Source: Macrostomum lignano
Taxonomy: Eukaryota
Reading direction: 5' to 3'
NCBI GenBank assembly: GCA_002269645.1
Contig: NIVC01001947.1
Coordinates: 1 to 39,658, forward strand
DNA length: 39,658 nt
Part shown: one piece after another, positions 16,479 through 34,240 of the stretch
Layout: every line of letters starts with the position of its first letter
Position numbering within the stretch: the stretch's first letter is position 1
Position numbers and translations under genes: made by a program
Notes under the pieces: model-generated
What the model was told of the DNA's origin: nothing
Database searches by the model: none
Seen by the model: the letters and a program-made list of their open reading frames with translations, nothing else

Positions 16479-17177
16479 AGGATCTTGGCTCTCGGCGAAA
16501 AAAAAGAAATACAATACATTGACTCAATTAGGAGGGCTAGAGCTAGAGAAGAAAAATGACAGTTCATCAAAAGCAGACACTTTGCCCCTCCGAAAGTCCA
16601 TACAGCGGCTTAATTAGAGAAAGTATCCGAATAAAAAAATGGCGCACTCCGTGCAAACCACCTTTTTGGCCATCTCGTTCTCCGGACTAATAAGTTAAGA
16701 TCGTGACAGATGTGACATTTGCTGACTCAGTCTTTTGCTAATCCTTTCACTGGCTTGAATCTACGCTTGTAAGTAAAGAATTCAGCTGACAGAAAAGACT
16801 AATTATAAACTGGTTTAATTCGACATCGAGAGCGCGTCTGGGTTTAATACTCGCCAGATTTGCTATTTATAAATCATAACCAAAGCTGCAATGTATTGTT
16901 TAGTAATTGGCACGAAATTTACGTTAGTACTTACTAATAGTAGACCACTGTTTCAAATGAAGAAGTTTATGTTAAGTTAGTTATAGGTTACTTATATATG
17001 AACAGTAATAGCAGCGGTTTGAGATCGCAGTGCATACGCAGAACAAGCGAAACAATAGGTAACAATCCAAATTACCAGACCTGAACCTCGCGATCCTTTG
17101 GTAGCATTTCTAAGAAGCAGTTTGTAATTTAAGACAAAATATTTAATTTGCGAAGAAGATAAAAATACATATTGAAA

Positions 17178-17585
17178 ACACGGACTACTTAAGCAGGAGG
17201 ACATAAATTGTCTTAGTCGTTTCAGTTTCTTAGAAAATTATAGATGTTTTTACCGAAAAAATACATTACGGAGATAGGAGGTTTTCATTTTTTCGGTGCA
17301 AAAATTTGTTATTGCTTTCGATAGGAGGCAAACCCTTCGTTTATCTTTTAAAATGTCTTGCCTTTCTCATAGCCCTATTGCTATTCCTAGAGCTAGTACG
17401 GTCTACAAGCTAGTACAAATTTGTTACAGTCATTAAGCTAAAAATAATAAAATCGATTCGTAAAGCCAATGAGTCGAACTGTGCCATTTTTATGATTTTT
17501 AGACACAGTTTTTGACACTTGTACCATTGTACGTAGGATAAAAAGCTAAAATAGAATCCTAAAGCTAAATAAACAAAAAGCTCTT
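17178..17585. mobile_element. Degenerate, internally deleted copy of the foldback/MITE family seen at 34809-35520
   Basis: Shared blocks such as TTTCTTAGAAAA...CCGAAAAAATACAYTACGGAGATAGGA...TTTTCATTTTTTC...GATAGGAGGCA and TACGTAGGATAAAAA...ATAGAATCCTAA. Confidence 0.7.
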
Positions 17586-17867
17586 ACTCAAGCAGTCCTT
17601 GACTGGAAAGTGTATAGTCAATGCGCTATTACATTTTAATAGGAAGTGGTAGCAGGTCAACCAAATTTATGTGGATATTGTCGGCTAGAAAAAAGCTATC
17701 ACAAGGCGTGCCGCCCATCCTACTCTCTGAATTCTGAACAGTTTAAACATCCGTTGCTTACTGACATGTAAATATGTTTCTGATTGATATTCAAAGCCTC
17801 TACTAGCGTATTTGGCACGCGAACAAATGTTTCAGACGCGAGCCGACCAGAATCCCCAATTAAGGTT

Positions 17868-19712
17868 TCAGTTGTTGGTTGGCTGGCCGCCTCCGCTGCC
17901 TTCGCCACTTGTCGGTCCGTAAGACGTCGGCGGCGAGCTTCCAGTTGAGCCCGCCGAGGTGAGTGGCGTATTCTGGCTGGGCGGCGGCATCATCGGCTGC
18001 TGCTGCTGCATCACAGGTTGGGGAGCGGGCATGGCTGATGGCATCGGCATCGCTTGCTGGCTGGCTAGGGCCGCCTGGGCTTGCAGATCCATGTAGCTGC
18101 GGCCCTTTGCTTTAGCGAACGAAGCGTTCCGGAAGCTTTTAATAAAGTAGAGCAGAGCTAGGCCTAGGATAAGTGTGCCTGAAGAGAGGATTATGGGTGT
18201 GGGGTCGGTTGATGTTGTTACCAGCTGTTTTCCTGCTCTCGGGGGCCCACCCAAGCAACAACTCCAACTTTCATATCGTGAAGACAGTAAGAAAACTTCA
18301 TGCTGCACATAACCTCAGAACCTCATAAGCTTTAAAATTCACATTAAATAAAAAATAGTTTTCGCTGATTTGTTGTTTCGAGAATACAAAATTGACTGAC
18401 ATAGTGATAGTGCAGATAGCCCGGCCTTCAACCGAGACTGGCTCAACCACCTCGGGCCCAACCCGTCCCTGGACGACGCTTGCCGGCCGAGAACATCCCA
18501 CGGCTCATCCGGTTCCTCCGAGCCACCAAACGAGCCTCCGTCTTTCCTACCGGAGACAACGCTGCAGACAGGACCGGCAGACCTCCCTGACCGGCCCCGC
18601 GCCCTAGCCTATGCGGGCCTTTTAGGGATTAGTGGAATTGGCGACGCTCGCCTCCCCGCTGCGTCTTCGGACCGCCCTGCAGCTAAGTCAAGTAAGTCAA
18701 GATAGTGCAGATAGAGAAGTATCAATAGATATGCTTTTACTCTACTAGTAGTAGTTCAGGCTGGGGAAATGTTACTAGTGGAGACATACAAGGGGTTGGG
18801 AGTTTCTTTACATGTACAAACGTATTGCCATGCCTCAGAAATAATACTTTGAGACTCTCAGTATGAAGTTTCGAGCTTTTGAAGCGCCCCGCAAACGCCT
18901 TACCTGACAGCACAGCCTTCAACACGCTCGAACTTTGGTCGTTGTTGCGCAAGAACAGCGGAATCGGTAGGGCAATGTACAGAATTGTCTTCCGCCAGCA
19001 GTCGATCCACTTGATTGCCCGCCAGATCATGCAACAGCAGCTCATGTCGCTGCGTGTTTTCAATTTGAGTAGAGATTGAGAAGGATATCGGAGTTGGTTG
19101 CAGTGGTTTCCTCACACCCTCATATTTTTATTGCATAAATGAACTAAGCAATTAGATGTGTGCCTCTTTTTTTAATCAGCACGTCACGAGATCTTCACTC
19201 ACTCGCAGCAGTTGCACTTGTCGAACAGCCAGACAGATTCCAGAAAGGTCAGCAGAACTGTGATGCCTCTGAAAATTAAAATAAGTCGATATTCAGCGAC
19301 GCCAAGGTGATTATATAGAATTGTTTCATTATTCTATCACAATATAACAAACGGAACGCATTATCTTACAGCAGGTACCAGCCGTTGATTGTGTGGTACT
19401 TCTCTACCGTCAGAATGCTTATCATCATGATGTAGAGACCTGTCAGAAGGGAAAGAATCTGAGATTCAGATGTGGAAATCAAAACGTTTTGCAAATGCTG
19501 AAGGCTAGACATCGCAAGTCTGTAAGACATGTCTGGGAAGTAATCTAGCCTTTTATTTTTGGCAATAGAAATGCCATAAAATTCTTCCCGAGCTTCGGCC
19601 TCAGGCCCTGCTTTTACTTACAAACGACAACAACCAGGCCTGCCATGCGGCACAGCATGGTGATGTACTTGAAGCAGCAGGTTCTGTCCTCTTCTAGCTC
19701 GATAAAACGCAT
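17868..19712 (-). CDS. TMEM72: TMEM72/Flower (Cg6151-P)-like small multi-pass membrane protein, 227 aa; exons 19712-19622, 19439-19370, 19268-19203, 19049-18904, 18178-17868
   Basis: All junctions are GT-AG and phase-consistent (91+70+66+146+311 = 684 nt). Motifs LCRMAG, GWYLL, LESVWL, WIDCWRKTILY and SGTLILGLALLYF align by eye with TMEM72 as recalled (TCRLLG, AFYLL, CEGAYF, WLGCFQKFLAY, GSMLIITGLAYF). P/Q/S-rich tail. Confidence 0.72.
18420..18700 (+). mobile_element. 5'-truncated LINE (281 bp) with 14-bp TSD, in TMEM72-like intron 4
   Basis: GATAGTGCAGATAG at 18406-18419 and 18701-18714. The insert encodes (C)PAFNRDWLNHLG...ENIPRLIRFLR with one slip, resembling the ORF2 tail of the big element ([13 protein letters not shown]...[11 protein letters not shown]). 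It ends in a short-repeat tail AAGTCAAGTAAGTCAA. Confidence 0.85.
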
Positions 19713-20556
19713 GGTTGAATGAACTTAATTGTTTCTGTTACAGTCCTATCGATCAAGAATCGTGTACCGATTTCCACTGTAGCTGACGAAATCCGCCTTT
19801 CCTCACGGCTTCTGCAGTTTTTTTGCCCGAATTTGAAGGCTCAGTTGGGAGGTGGGCCGGTTGAGTTGGGCGAGGATCGCATGAGGCACTCCTGAAATCT
19901 CTGTCTTTTGTCTCCGCACACTATTTCATTACTATAGCCACCCTCACTCAACCCGCTCGCCTTGTTCGTCTTCGCAGTCATGCCACTGCGAGTTAAACGC
20001 GCTTTTCTATCTCTCAGCTGTCTCCCTCCGCGCGCTTAGCCAAACTTGATCAAAGGCAAACAAATCTTCCAGTTCTGGAAAGAGAAAATCAATCAATTCA
20101 CAGACTATGAGGGGGAATAGGGTTTTAGCGGAGCAGCCCACTCAATCTGTGCTCTGTCCCTTTAGCTCCTGAATAGAAGCAACGCAGTAACTGGACAAAA
20201 GTGATCTGGCTGACTTGCTTTGCAACGGCCATGCAAACTAAACTTTTGTTCCTCGAACTGTACTGTTATTTTCTGATTCATTTCATACTAGTGTAATCTA
20301 AGTAATTTCTGTGGGAAGTTCTTCGTCGGGAACAAGCTAGTAAAGCACTCTTACGAGCGTATTGGTCTTAATATTTAACTGCAATTCAATAATTTTTAAC
20401 GACATTTTATTTTTCCTGAAAAGAAATGACGCGATTTTTACAAAACCGAAAAAAAGAATAGTCAGTTCAATGATGCAAAGAGTCATGGAGAATTGCTTTT
20501 ACTAAGTAATTTAGTCAATTGGATCAATATAAAGCAAGTTTTCAACGTTTCAAGTC

Positions 20557-25686
<5,130 letters not shown>

Positions 25687-26484
25687 TCTGTTTAGTCTGT
25701 TATAGAACACTCGGCAGTCTTAGCGGCAGAAAAAAGCTCCAGGAGTCTTAGTGCTGCAGTACAGTTTGATGCAGAAGCTATGAAGATGCTGTCGGGGCAC
25801 AACTGGAGTGCTTGGTTGGCACGCTAATGACGTTGTCGCCGTGGTATGGAGCGGGGGTGGGCGTTTGCGACCTGTCATTCAGACTATTGGCTAGATGATG
25901 ATGCGGTCGGTAACAGGCTGTTGGACGGATGCTAGCGGTGGGAGGGGAAAGACAGAGAGAGGTTGGGGAAGAGTAAGCTATGGCCTGAACTGGGGAAGAG
26001 GGAGGTACGAAGCTGCGGTGGATGTCAGACTGAGCTGTATAAAACTTCTGCTCACAAGGGGGAGAAAATATTGTCGGGAAGTGTTTGAGCAAGCTGAGTT
26101 GGCGGACCTTCCCAACGGGTTATGCTATGCTGTGCTGGGCTGGAGGAAATGGTTGGAACGAGCAGTATTGAGGTATGGGGCTTTATTGACCTGTGAAGTA
26201 GTTCTGAGAATTTTTGCTTTCTAAGCCACATGTAACTGCTGTTGCTAACTGCATCCAGGTTGCTCTGAGGCTAAAACTCGCTTTGAAATATTGTTTCCAT
26301 AACTGTTAATGCATGTATTGTTAAAACACGTTTTGCAAAATATTGCAACAGTTTTAAATATGAGCTATACTCGTATTTTCTCTGACTGTGAACGATCTTT
26401 GAATGAATTTTAATGAATTTAAATCAACTCATTGTAAAATAAATTTTGCTTTGTAGTCCGGAAATATAGTTAAAATCTTACCGA

Positions 26485-26850
26485 CTTCAAGAATCTGTCA
26501 GTGCAACTCTCTCGCACTTCAGTAATCTGTCAGTGCAACTCTGCCCCACTTCAGTAATCTGTCAGTGCAACCCTGCCCCAATTCAGTAATCTGTCAGTGC
26601 AACCCTGCCCCAATTCAGTAATCTGCCAGTGCAACTCTGCCCCACTTCAGTAATCTGCCAGTGCAACTCTGCCCCACTTCAGTAATCTGCCAGTGCAACT
26701 CTGCCCCACTTCAGTAATCTGCCAGTGCAACTCTGCCCCACTTCAGTAATCTGCCAGTGCAATCCTGCCCCACTTCAGTAATCTGCCAGTGCAATCCTGC
26801 CCCACTTCAGTAATCTGCCAGTGAAACTCTGCCTTACTTCAGTAATCTGC
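26485..26850. repeat. 32-bp minisatellite (CTTCAGTAATCTGYCAGTGCAACTCTGCCCCA)n, ~11 copies
   Basis: AGTAATCTG recurs with period 32, between the Ly6-like stop and the nAChR start. Confidence 0.95.
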
Positions 26851-27729
26851 TCTATAATCTAGTTTGGAAATATATGCCAGTTGCCAGTATAAATTATCAA
26901 TATGTAAAAAATATTAACAGTAGGTCAAAAAGTACGATTAAACTACAAAACTATTGTAGTCAAGAAAGCAAGAAAGCAAGAAAGCAAGCGTGACAAAATT
27001 AATAAATATATGTATATATATAATAAAACTGAAAATTAAAATGAAACATTTTCGAGCGAAAAAAACGAGACATCTACATGTACATTATATGCCCTTCTTA
27101 ATCTAATTTTAACGTCTGTCCTGTACACAGCTACTAGATTAACCTATAGCTGGGCCACTCAGCACATTTACATGCAAGCTACTTTCAGTTCAGTAGTAAG
27201 TTAAACAGAAGCATTTTAATGAATTTTAAAGACAAGGCCTTTTTATTGGCTCTTACCCCCCCCCCCCAAGCTTAAACTCTCAAACTCCACACGGAACCTC
27301 TACCCCTGGACCGCCACCCAATTTTTATTACCTTCCTCGGTTGTTTCAGCCATTAATAGTGTCAGTGGCCAATGTACATTATGGCTGAACCAATTAGAAA
27401 GCTGTTTACGCCTGCAGACGGCTTCTAAGCTTATCAAAGTCAGTTATTTCAGCTGCCTTTATTATAAAATAGCTTATGTATTCTTCATTGCTACTGAATT
27501 GAAAGTCGAAAGCTGTTTTGCTAAGTATATATGCCTGAGTGGCCCATCTATTATTCTAGTAATCTGTGGTTCTGAACCAGTTTCCCCTCTTAGAAAAGAC
27601 TCAAATATATTAGTATTATTTTTATCATACGCTCGTATGTAAAACAAAAGCAACCGCTGTTTAAGAAAAGAAAAGCTAATTCTATTAAAATTCTAGCAAG
27701 AAAAAAGTTTTTCATCAATAACTTCGAGC

Positions 27730-30700
27730 CTACAAGTCGATGAACGAGTCTTTCGTGGTCTTCGGGTGGTACGGGTACGGCCGGAAGGAGCGAATCAGGA
27801 CTGGCGCATTGCAGTCATCCGAGGCGCACTCTTGGCATTTGAAGCCGCTCTGCTTTCGGCGACCGGACTGACATTTGCCGCAGCCGCCGTTGTATTCCTG
27901 CCATTTTGCAGGGGAGGGGGATGGAGGGGAGACTGGTGAGGGAATGGCAGTTAGGGGAGTGAGATAGAGGGATAAGTGAGAGTGGCAATCAGTGTGAGAT
28001 GTAGTAAGCCAGAGTAAAGATGGAGGGAGAAAGTGACATGACGAAGATGAGACGGAGGAAGATGGTGAGATAGAGGGAGAGGGAGTGAGATAGAAGGAGA
28101 GAGTGAGATAGAGAGATAAGTGAGAGTAAGAGAATGAGTGTCAGATAGAGTGAGCCACAGTTAAGATAGAATGAGAGAGTGAGGTGGAAGGAGAGAGAGT
28201 GAGATAGAGGAGAGAGTGAGATAGAGAGATAAGTGAGAGTGAGAGAATGAGTGTCAGATAGAGTGAGCCACAGTTAAGATAGAAGAGAGAGTCAGATGGA
28301 AGGAGAGAGAGTGAGATGGAAGGGAGAGATTGAGATGGACGGAGAGAGTGAGATAGAGAGAGAGTGAGATGGAGGGGGGATGATATGGAGGGAGAGAGTG
28401 AGATGGAGAGAGAGGGTGAGATGGAGGGAGATAGAGACATGGAAGGGAGAGAGAGTGAGATAGAGGGAGAGGGTGAGATGGAGGGAGAGAGTGAGATAGA
28501 GAGAGAGGGTGAGATGGAGGGGGGATGATATGGAGGGAGAGAGTGAGATGGAGAGAGAGGGTGAGATGGAGGGAGATGGTGAGATGGAGGGAGATGGTGA
28601 GATGGAGGGAGAGGGTGAGATGGAGGGAGAGGGTGAGATGGAGGGAGAGGGTGAGATGGAGGGAGAGAGTGAGATAGAGAGAGAGGGTGAGATGGAGGGA
28701 GATGGTGAGATGGAGGGAGATGGTGAGATGGAGGGAGAGGGTGAGATGGAGGGAGATGGTGAGATGGAGGGAGATGGTGAGATGGAGGGAGATGGTGAGA
28801 TAGAGGGAGATGGTGAGATGGAGGGAGAGGGTGAGATGGAAGAAGAGGGTGAGATGAAGGGAGAGGGTGCGATGGAAAGGAGAGAGAGTGAGATAGAGAG
28901 AGAGAGAGATGGACGGAGATAGAGACATGGAAGGGAGAGAGAGTGAGACATGGAGGGAGAGGGTGAGATAGAGGGAGATGGTGAGATGGAGGGAGAGGGT
29001 GAGATGGAGGGAGATGGTGAGATGGAGGGAGAGGGTGAGATGGAGGGAGAGGGTGAGATGGAGGGAGAGGGTGAGATGGAGGGAGATGGTGAGATGGAGG
29101 GAGATGGTGAGATGGAGGGAGATGGTGAGATGGAGGGAGATGGTGAGATGGATGGAGAGGGTGAGATGGAGAGAGAGGGTGAGATGGAGGGAGATAGAGA
29201 CATGGAAGGGAGAGAGAGTGAGATAGAGAGAGAGGGTGAGATGGAGGGAGATGGTGAGATGGAGGGAGAGGGTGAGATGGAAGGAGAGGGTGAGATGGAG
29301 GGAGAGGGTGAGATGGAAAGGAGAGAGAGTGAGATAGAGAGAGAGAGTGAGATGGACGGATATAGAGACATGGAAGGGAGAGAGAGTGAGACATAGAGGG
29401 AGAGGGTGAGATGGAGGGAGATGGTGAGATGGAGGGAGAGGGTGAGATGGAGGGAGAGGGTGAGATGGAGGGAGATGGTGAGATGGAGGGAGAGGGTGAG
29501 ATGGAGGGAGATGGTGAGATGGAGGGAGATGGTGAGATGGAGGGAGATGGTGAGATGGAGGGAGAGGGTGAGATGGAAGGAGAGGGTGAGATGGAGGGAG
29601 AGGGTGAGATGGAAAGGAGAGAGAGTGAGATAGAGAGAGAGAGTGAGATGGACGGAGATAGAGACATGGAAGGGAGAGAGAGTGAGACATGGAGGGAGAT
29701 GGTGAGATGGAGGGAGAGGGTGAGATGGAGGGAGATGGTGAGATGGAGGGAGATGGTGAGATGGAGGGAGAGGGTGAGATGGAAGGAGAGGGTGAGATGG
29801 AGGGAGAGGGTGAGATGGAAAGGAGAGAGAGTGAGATAGAGAGAGAGAGTGAGATGGACGGAGATAGAGACATGGAAGGGAGAGAGAGTGAGACATGGAG
29901 GGAGAAGGTGAGATGGAGGGAGATGGTGAGATGGAGGGAGATGGTGAGATGGAGCGAGATGGTGAGATGGAGGGAGATGGTGAGATGGAGGGAGATGGTG
30001 AGATGGAGGGAGAGGGTGAGATGGAAGGAGAGGGTGAGATGGAGGGAGAGGGTGAGATGGAAAGGAGAGAGAGTGAGATAGAGAGAGAGAGTGAGATGGA
30101 CGGAGATAGAGACATGGAAGGGAGAGAGAGTGAGACATGGAGGGAGAGGGTGAGATGGAGGGAGAGGGTGAGATGGAGGGAGATGGTGAGATGGAGGGAG
30201 ATGGTGAGATGGAGGGAGAGGGTGAGATGGAGGGAGAGGGTGAGATGGAGGGAGATGGTGAGATGGAGGGAGATGGTGAGATGGAGGGAGATGGTGAGAT
30301 GGAGGGAGATGGTGAGATGGAGGGAGATGGTGAGATGGAGGGAGATGGTGAGATGGAGGGAGAGGGTGAGATGGAGGGAGAGGGTGAGATGGAGGGAGAT
30401 GGTGAGATGGAGGGAGAGGGTGAGATGGAAAGGAGAGAGAGTGAGATAGAGAGAGAGAGTGAGATGGACGGAGATAGAGACATGGAAGGGAGAGAGAGTG
30501 AGACATGGAGGGAGAGGGTGAGATGGAGGGAGATGGTGAGATGGAGGGAGAGGGTGAGATGGAGGGAGAGGGTGAGATGGAGGGAGATGGTGAGATGGAG
30601 GGAGAGGGTGAGATGGAGGGAGAGGGTGAGATGGAGGGAGAGGGTGAGATGGAAAGGAGAGAGAGTGAGATAGAGAGAGAGAGTGAGATGGACGGAGATA

Positions 30701-32519
30701 GAGACATGGAAGGGAGAGAGAGTGAGACATAGAGGGAGAGGGTGAGATGGAGGGAGATGGTGAGATGGAGGGAGATGGTGAGATGGAGGGAGATGGTGAG
30801 ATGGAGGGAGATGGTGAGATGGAGGGAGAGGGTGAGATGGAGGGAGATGGTGAGATGGAGGGAGAGGGTGAGATGGAGGGAGATGGTGAGATAGAGGGAG
30901 ATGGTGAGATGGAGGGAGAGGGTGAGATGGAAGGAGAGGGTGAGATGGAAAGGAGAGAGAGTGAGATAGAGAGAGAGAGAGTGAGATGGACGGAGATAGA
31001 GACATGGAAGGGAGAGAGAGTGAGACATGGAGGGAGAGGGTGAGATGGAGGGAGAGGGTGAGATGGAGGGAGAGGGTGAGATGGAGGGAGATGGTGAGAT
31101 GGAGGGAGAGGGTGAGATGGAAGGAGAGGGTGAGATGGAGGGAGAGGGTGAGATGGAAAGGAGAGAGAGTGAGATAGAGAGAGAGAGAGTGAGATGGACG
31201 GAGATAGAGACATGGAAGGGAGAGAGAGTGAGATGGAGGGAGAGGGTGAGATGGAGGGAGAGGGTGAGATGGAGGGAGAGGGTGAGATGGAGGGAGAGGG
31301 TGAGATGGAGGGAGATGGTGAGATGGAGGGAGATGGTGAGATGGAGGGAGAGGGTGAGATTGAGAAAAGGGAGTGAGAGACAAGAAGACGAGAGAGTCGC
31401 AGCGTGAGAGCATTGAAAAAGCCCTGCTTGGGTGAAGAGATAAGGAGAGTATAACGATGCAATAGATGCAGTTAGGAATTAAAAGTGAGTTTGAGTTTCT
31501 CAAAAAATCAAGGCGGGATGACTTGACAGCACATGCATTAGAGTTTAAGAGCTTAAGCAAGTCTAATTCAGACTTGGAGATGACAGTGAGCAAAACTCAC
31601 CATGTACACCAGCGGAATCACATCGTAGTTCTCGATGCCTTTGTACCGATCGGCCATGTTGAAGTAGGAATTCTCGTCATCTCTGCCAATAGTCTTGGCG
31701 ACCACCAAGAAGCACTTGTTCACACTTCCGTGACATTCCCGAGATCGAATCTTGCCGTGCTTCAGGACGCCTTTCAGATAGAAGGTGAGGCACTTCATCG
31801 AGCTCCCCCGGCTGCGAGGAATCAGTGCAGTGAAGAGTGGCTTCAGTAGGGACCGTTGAAATATTACACACCCTGTCTGACTCTCCCTGACACCCTGTCT
31901 GACTCTCCCTCACACCCTGTCTGACTCTCCCTGACACCCTGCCAGACTCTCCCTGACACCCTGCCAGACTCTCCCTGACACCCTGTCTGACTCTCCCTGA
32001 CACCCTGCCAGACTCTCCCTGACACCCTGCCTGACTCTCCCTGACACCCTGCCTGACTCTCTCTGACACCCTGCCTGACTCTCCCTGAGACCCTGTCTGA
32101 CTCTCCCTGACACCCTGCCTGACTCTCCCTGACACCCTGCCAGACTCTCCCTGACACCCTGCCAGACTCTCCCTGACACCCTGCCAGACTCTCCCTGACA
32201 CCCTGCCTGAGTCTCCCTGAGACCCTGCCTGACTCTCATTGACTGACACCCTGTCTGACGGTCATTGTCTGACACCCTGCCTGAGTCTCCCTGAGACCCT
32301 GCCTGACTCTCATTGACTGACACCCTGTCTGACGGTCATTGTCTGACACCCTGTCTGACTTTCATTGACAAATTGCTGTCGATCTTTCATGGACAGACGC
32401 TTTGTTTTGCCTGCCTCTGAAGTTTTTCAAACTCGATCATCTGTTACACGCTTATCGTAATTCTTACCGAATATGCTGCAGAATATTACGAGAGCCAGAG
32501 ACCACTTGACAGTCAACAT
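27730..32519 (-). CDS. Secreted Ly6/uPAR (three-finger)-like protein, ~143 aa; exons 32519-32468, 31811-31601, 27897-27730; one extra G needed at ~31805
   Basis: Signal peptide [17 protein letters not shown]. Mature domain has 8 Cys: [15 protein letters not shown].....GGCGKC...[11 protein letters not shown], ending in the LU-domain C-x4-CN motif. The exon 2-3 junction is in phase. The exon 1-2 junction is 1 nt out of phase unless GGGGG is GGGGGG. No hydrophobic GPI signal. Confidence 0.7.
27905..31380. repeat. 3.5-kb purine-rich 18-bp satellite (GAGATGGAGGGAGAKGGT)n with higher-order blocks, in Ly6-like intron 2
   Basis: Runs of the 18-mer punctuated by a recurring ~75-bp block (GAAAGGAGAGAGAGTGAGATAGAGAGAGAGAGTGAGATGGACGGAGATAGAGACATGGAAGGG). 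Confidence 0.97.
31866..32368. repeat. 22-bp minisatellite (GACTCTCCCTGACACCCTGYCW)n, ~22 copies, in Ly6-like intron 1
   Basis: Period 22, read directly. Confidence 0.95.
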
Positions 32520-32776
32520 GTTGTCTGACTCTTTAATCTTTAGTATATTTAAGTTGTAGTGAAGCTATATTAATTAATGCTAGTGTTTTAAATTTGGAGA
32601 TAAGCTTCCCATAGTATATTAAAAACTACTGCAGCCTCTTCGGCAAATCGAATGCACTTTGTCTATGTACAAAGTTAAGAGTTTCTAAACTAATGTTTGA
32701 CCAAAATAACTTTAAAATAAACTTTTCAGTTATTTAATTATCATTATCATTGTCATTTCATTGAGAGCCGTTTGAA

Positions 32777-32900
32777 TGCGCCATTTGAGGTGGGTGGGTG
32801 CCATCTCATTTGAGGTGTGTGCCATTTGAGGTGCGCCATTTAAGATGGATGCCATTTGAGGTGGGTGCCATTTGAGGTGGGTGCCATTTAAAGTAGGTGC
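32777..32900. repeat. Short degenerate array of GCCATTTGAGGTG(G/T) units, ~7 copies
   Basis: Read directly; a further copy lies at ~33097. Confidence 0.8.
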
Positions 32901-33594
32901 TATATGCTCCCTTATTATTGCAAACTCGTAAGCAGTCCGAAAACAACACTGGTAATTAAAAGGGCGTTTATTATTCGTAAATTTTATCTTTTTGGTAATT
33001 TTTTATTTAGCTAAAGGGGGTTAGAGGGGGTTGTGGCCTAGTGGTTACTAGCCAAAAATAAATGCGGCTGCGAACGAAATCAAACCCTGGCACATGCCCC
33101 ATTTGAGGTGGTTAAAACAAAAAGTGCAAAATTTGAAACTTTATCAAAATCGAGGATATATTTATGCCAATATGTACATGTACATATTTAACCCTTTCTT
33201 CTCCACAATAGAGTTGTTAGAGTCAGGCTTAAAAACAAAAAACTATTTAGAAATCATAACAGAATAAAACTATTAACAAAATAATTAAAGCACTCTTCAA
33301 GAAGTTCATACAGCAAATATACATGTAGCTTTAAATCAAATAGATTAATAAAGTGCATATAGCTCGATCGTACCAGTCTTCTATACACAGAACTTGAAAT
33401 ACGCTTGTTGAAAGTTGAGCAGATCAAAATTGTGAATTGGGTATCCATGGCTGATTAAACATTCATACATAAAATAAGCATTACACTTCTAATGTTCTAC
33501 TAACAGTGTTGTCCGAGTAAGTAGTCTACATGGACAACTAAAAACTAGTAAGACACTACACTCGCAAGATCGTGAAAATTTCACCGTTTGCATC

Positions 33595-34240
33595 ATTGAA
33601 TCCTAAGGTCCAAGATTGTATCATTTAATAGTAAGGTCTAAGATTTTATCATTGAATAATAACGTCCACGATTGTATCATTGAGTAGTAACGTCCACGAG
33701 TATGATTGAATAGTAAGGTCCACGATTGTATGATTGAAGGTCCACGATTGTATCATTGAAGGTCCACGATTGTATCATTGAAGGTCCACGATTGTATCAT
33801 TGAAGGTCCACGATTGTATCATTGAAGGTCCACGATTGTATCATTGAAGGTCCACGATTGTATCATTGAAGGTCCACGATTGTATCATTGAAGGTCCACG
33901 ATTGTATCATTGAAGGTCCACGATTGTATCACTGAAGGTCCACGATTGTATCATTGAAGGTCCACGCTTGTATCACTGAAGGTCCACGATTGTATCATTG
34001 AAGGTCCACGATTGTATCACTGAAGGTCCACGATTGTATCATTGAAGGTCCACGATTGTATCACTGAAGGTCCACGATTGTATCATTGAAGGTCCACGAT
34101 TGTATCACTGAAGGTCCACGATTGTATCATTGAAGGTCCACGATTGTATCACTGAAGGTCCACGATTGTATCATTGAAGGTCCACGATTGTATCATTGAA
34201 GGTCCACGCTTGTACCTCGTATCATTGAATAGTAAGGCCC
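33595..34240. repeat. 22-bp minisatellite (GAAGGTCCACGATTGTATCAYT)n, ~28 copies
   Basis: Period 22, with CATT/CACT alternation in the right half; ends ~140 bp past the aquaporin stop. Confidence 0.96.

Noticed and set aside
14753-16617. Overlapping ORFs within the SLC3 gene and within the LINE
   Set aside because: Expected shadow frames of GC-rich coding sequence.
28141-31593. Very long ORFs (up to 1150 aa; PSISPS, HLTLSL, MEGEGE)
   Set aside because: Translations of an 18-bp satellite that lacks stop codons in several frames; it lies inside an intron.
33025-33095. tRNA gene or tRNA-derived SINE head (GTGGCCTAGTGG A-box)
   Set aside because: The B-box is degenerate and there is no cloverleaf, tail or TSD; at most a relic.
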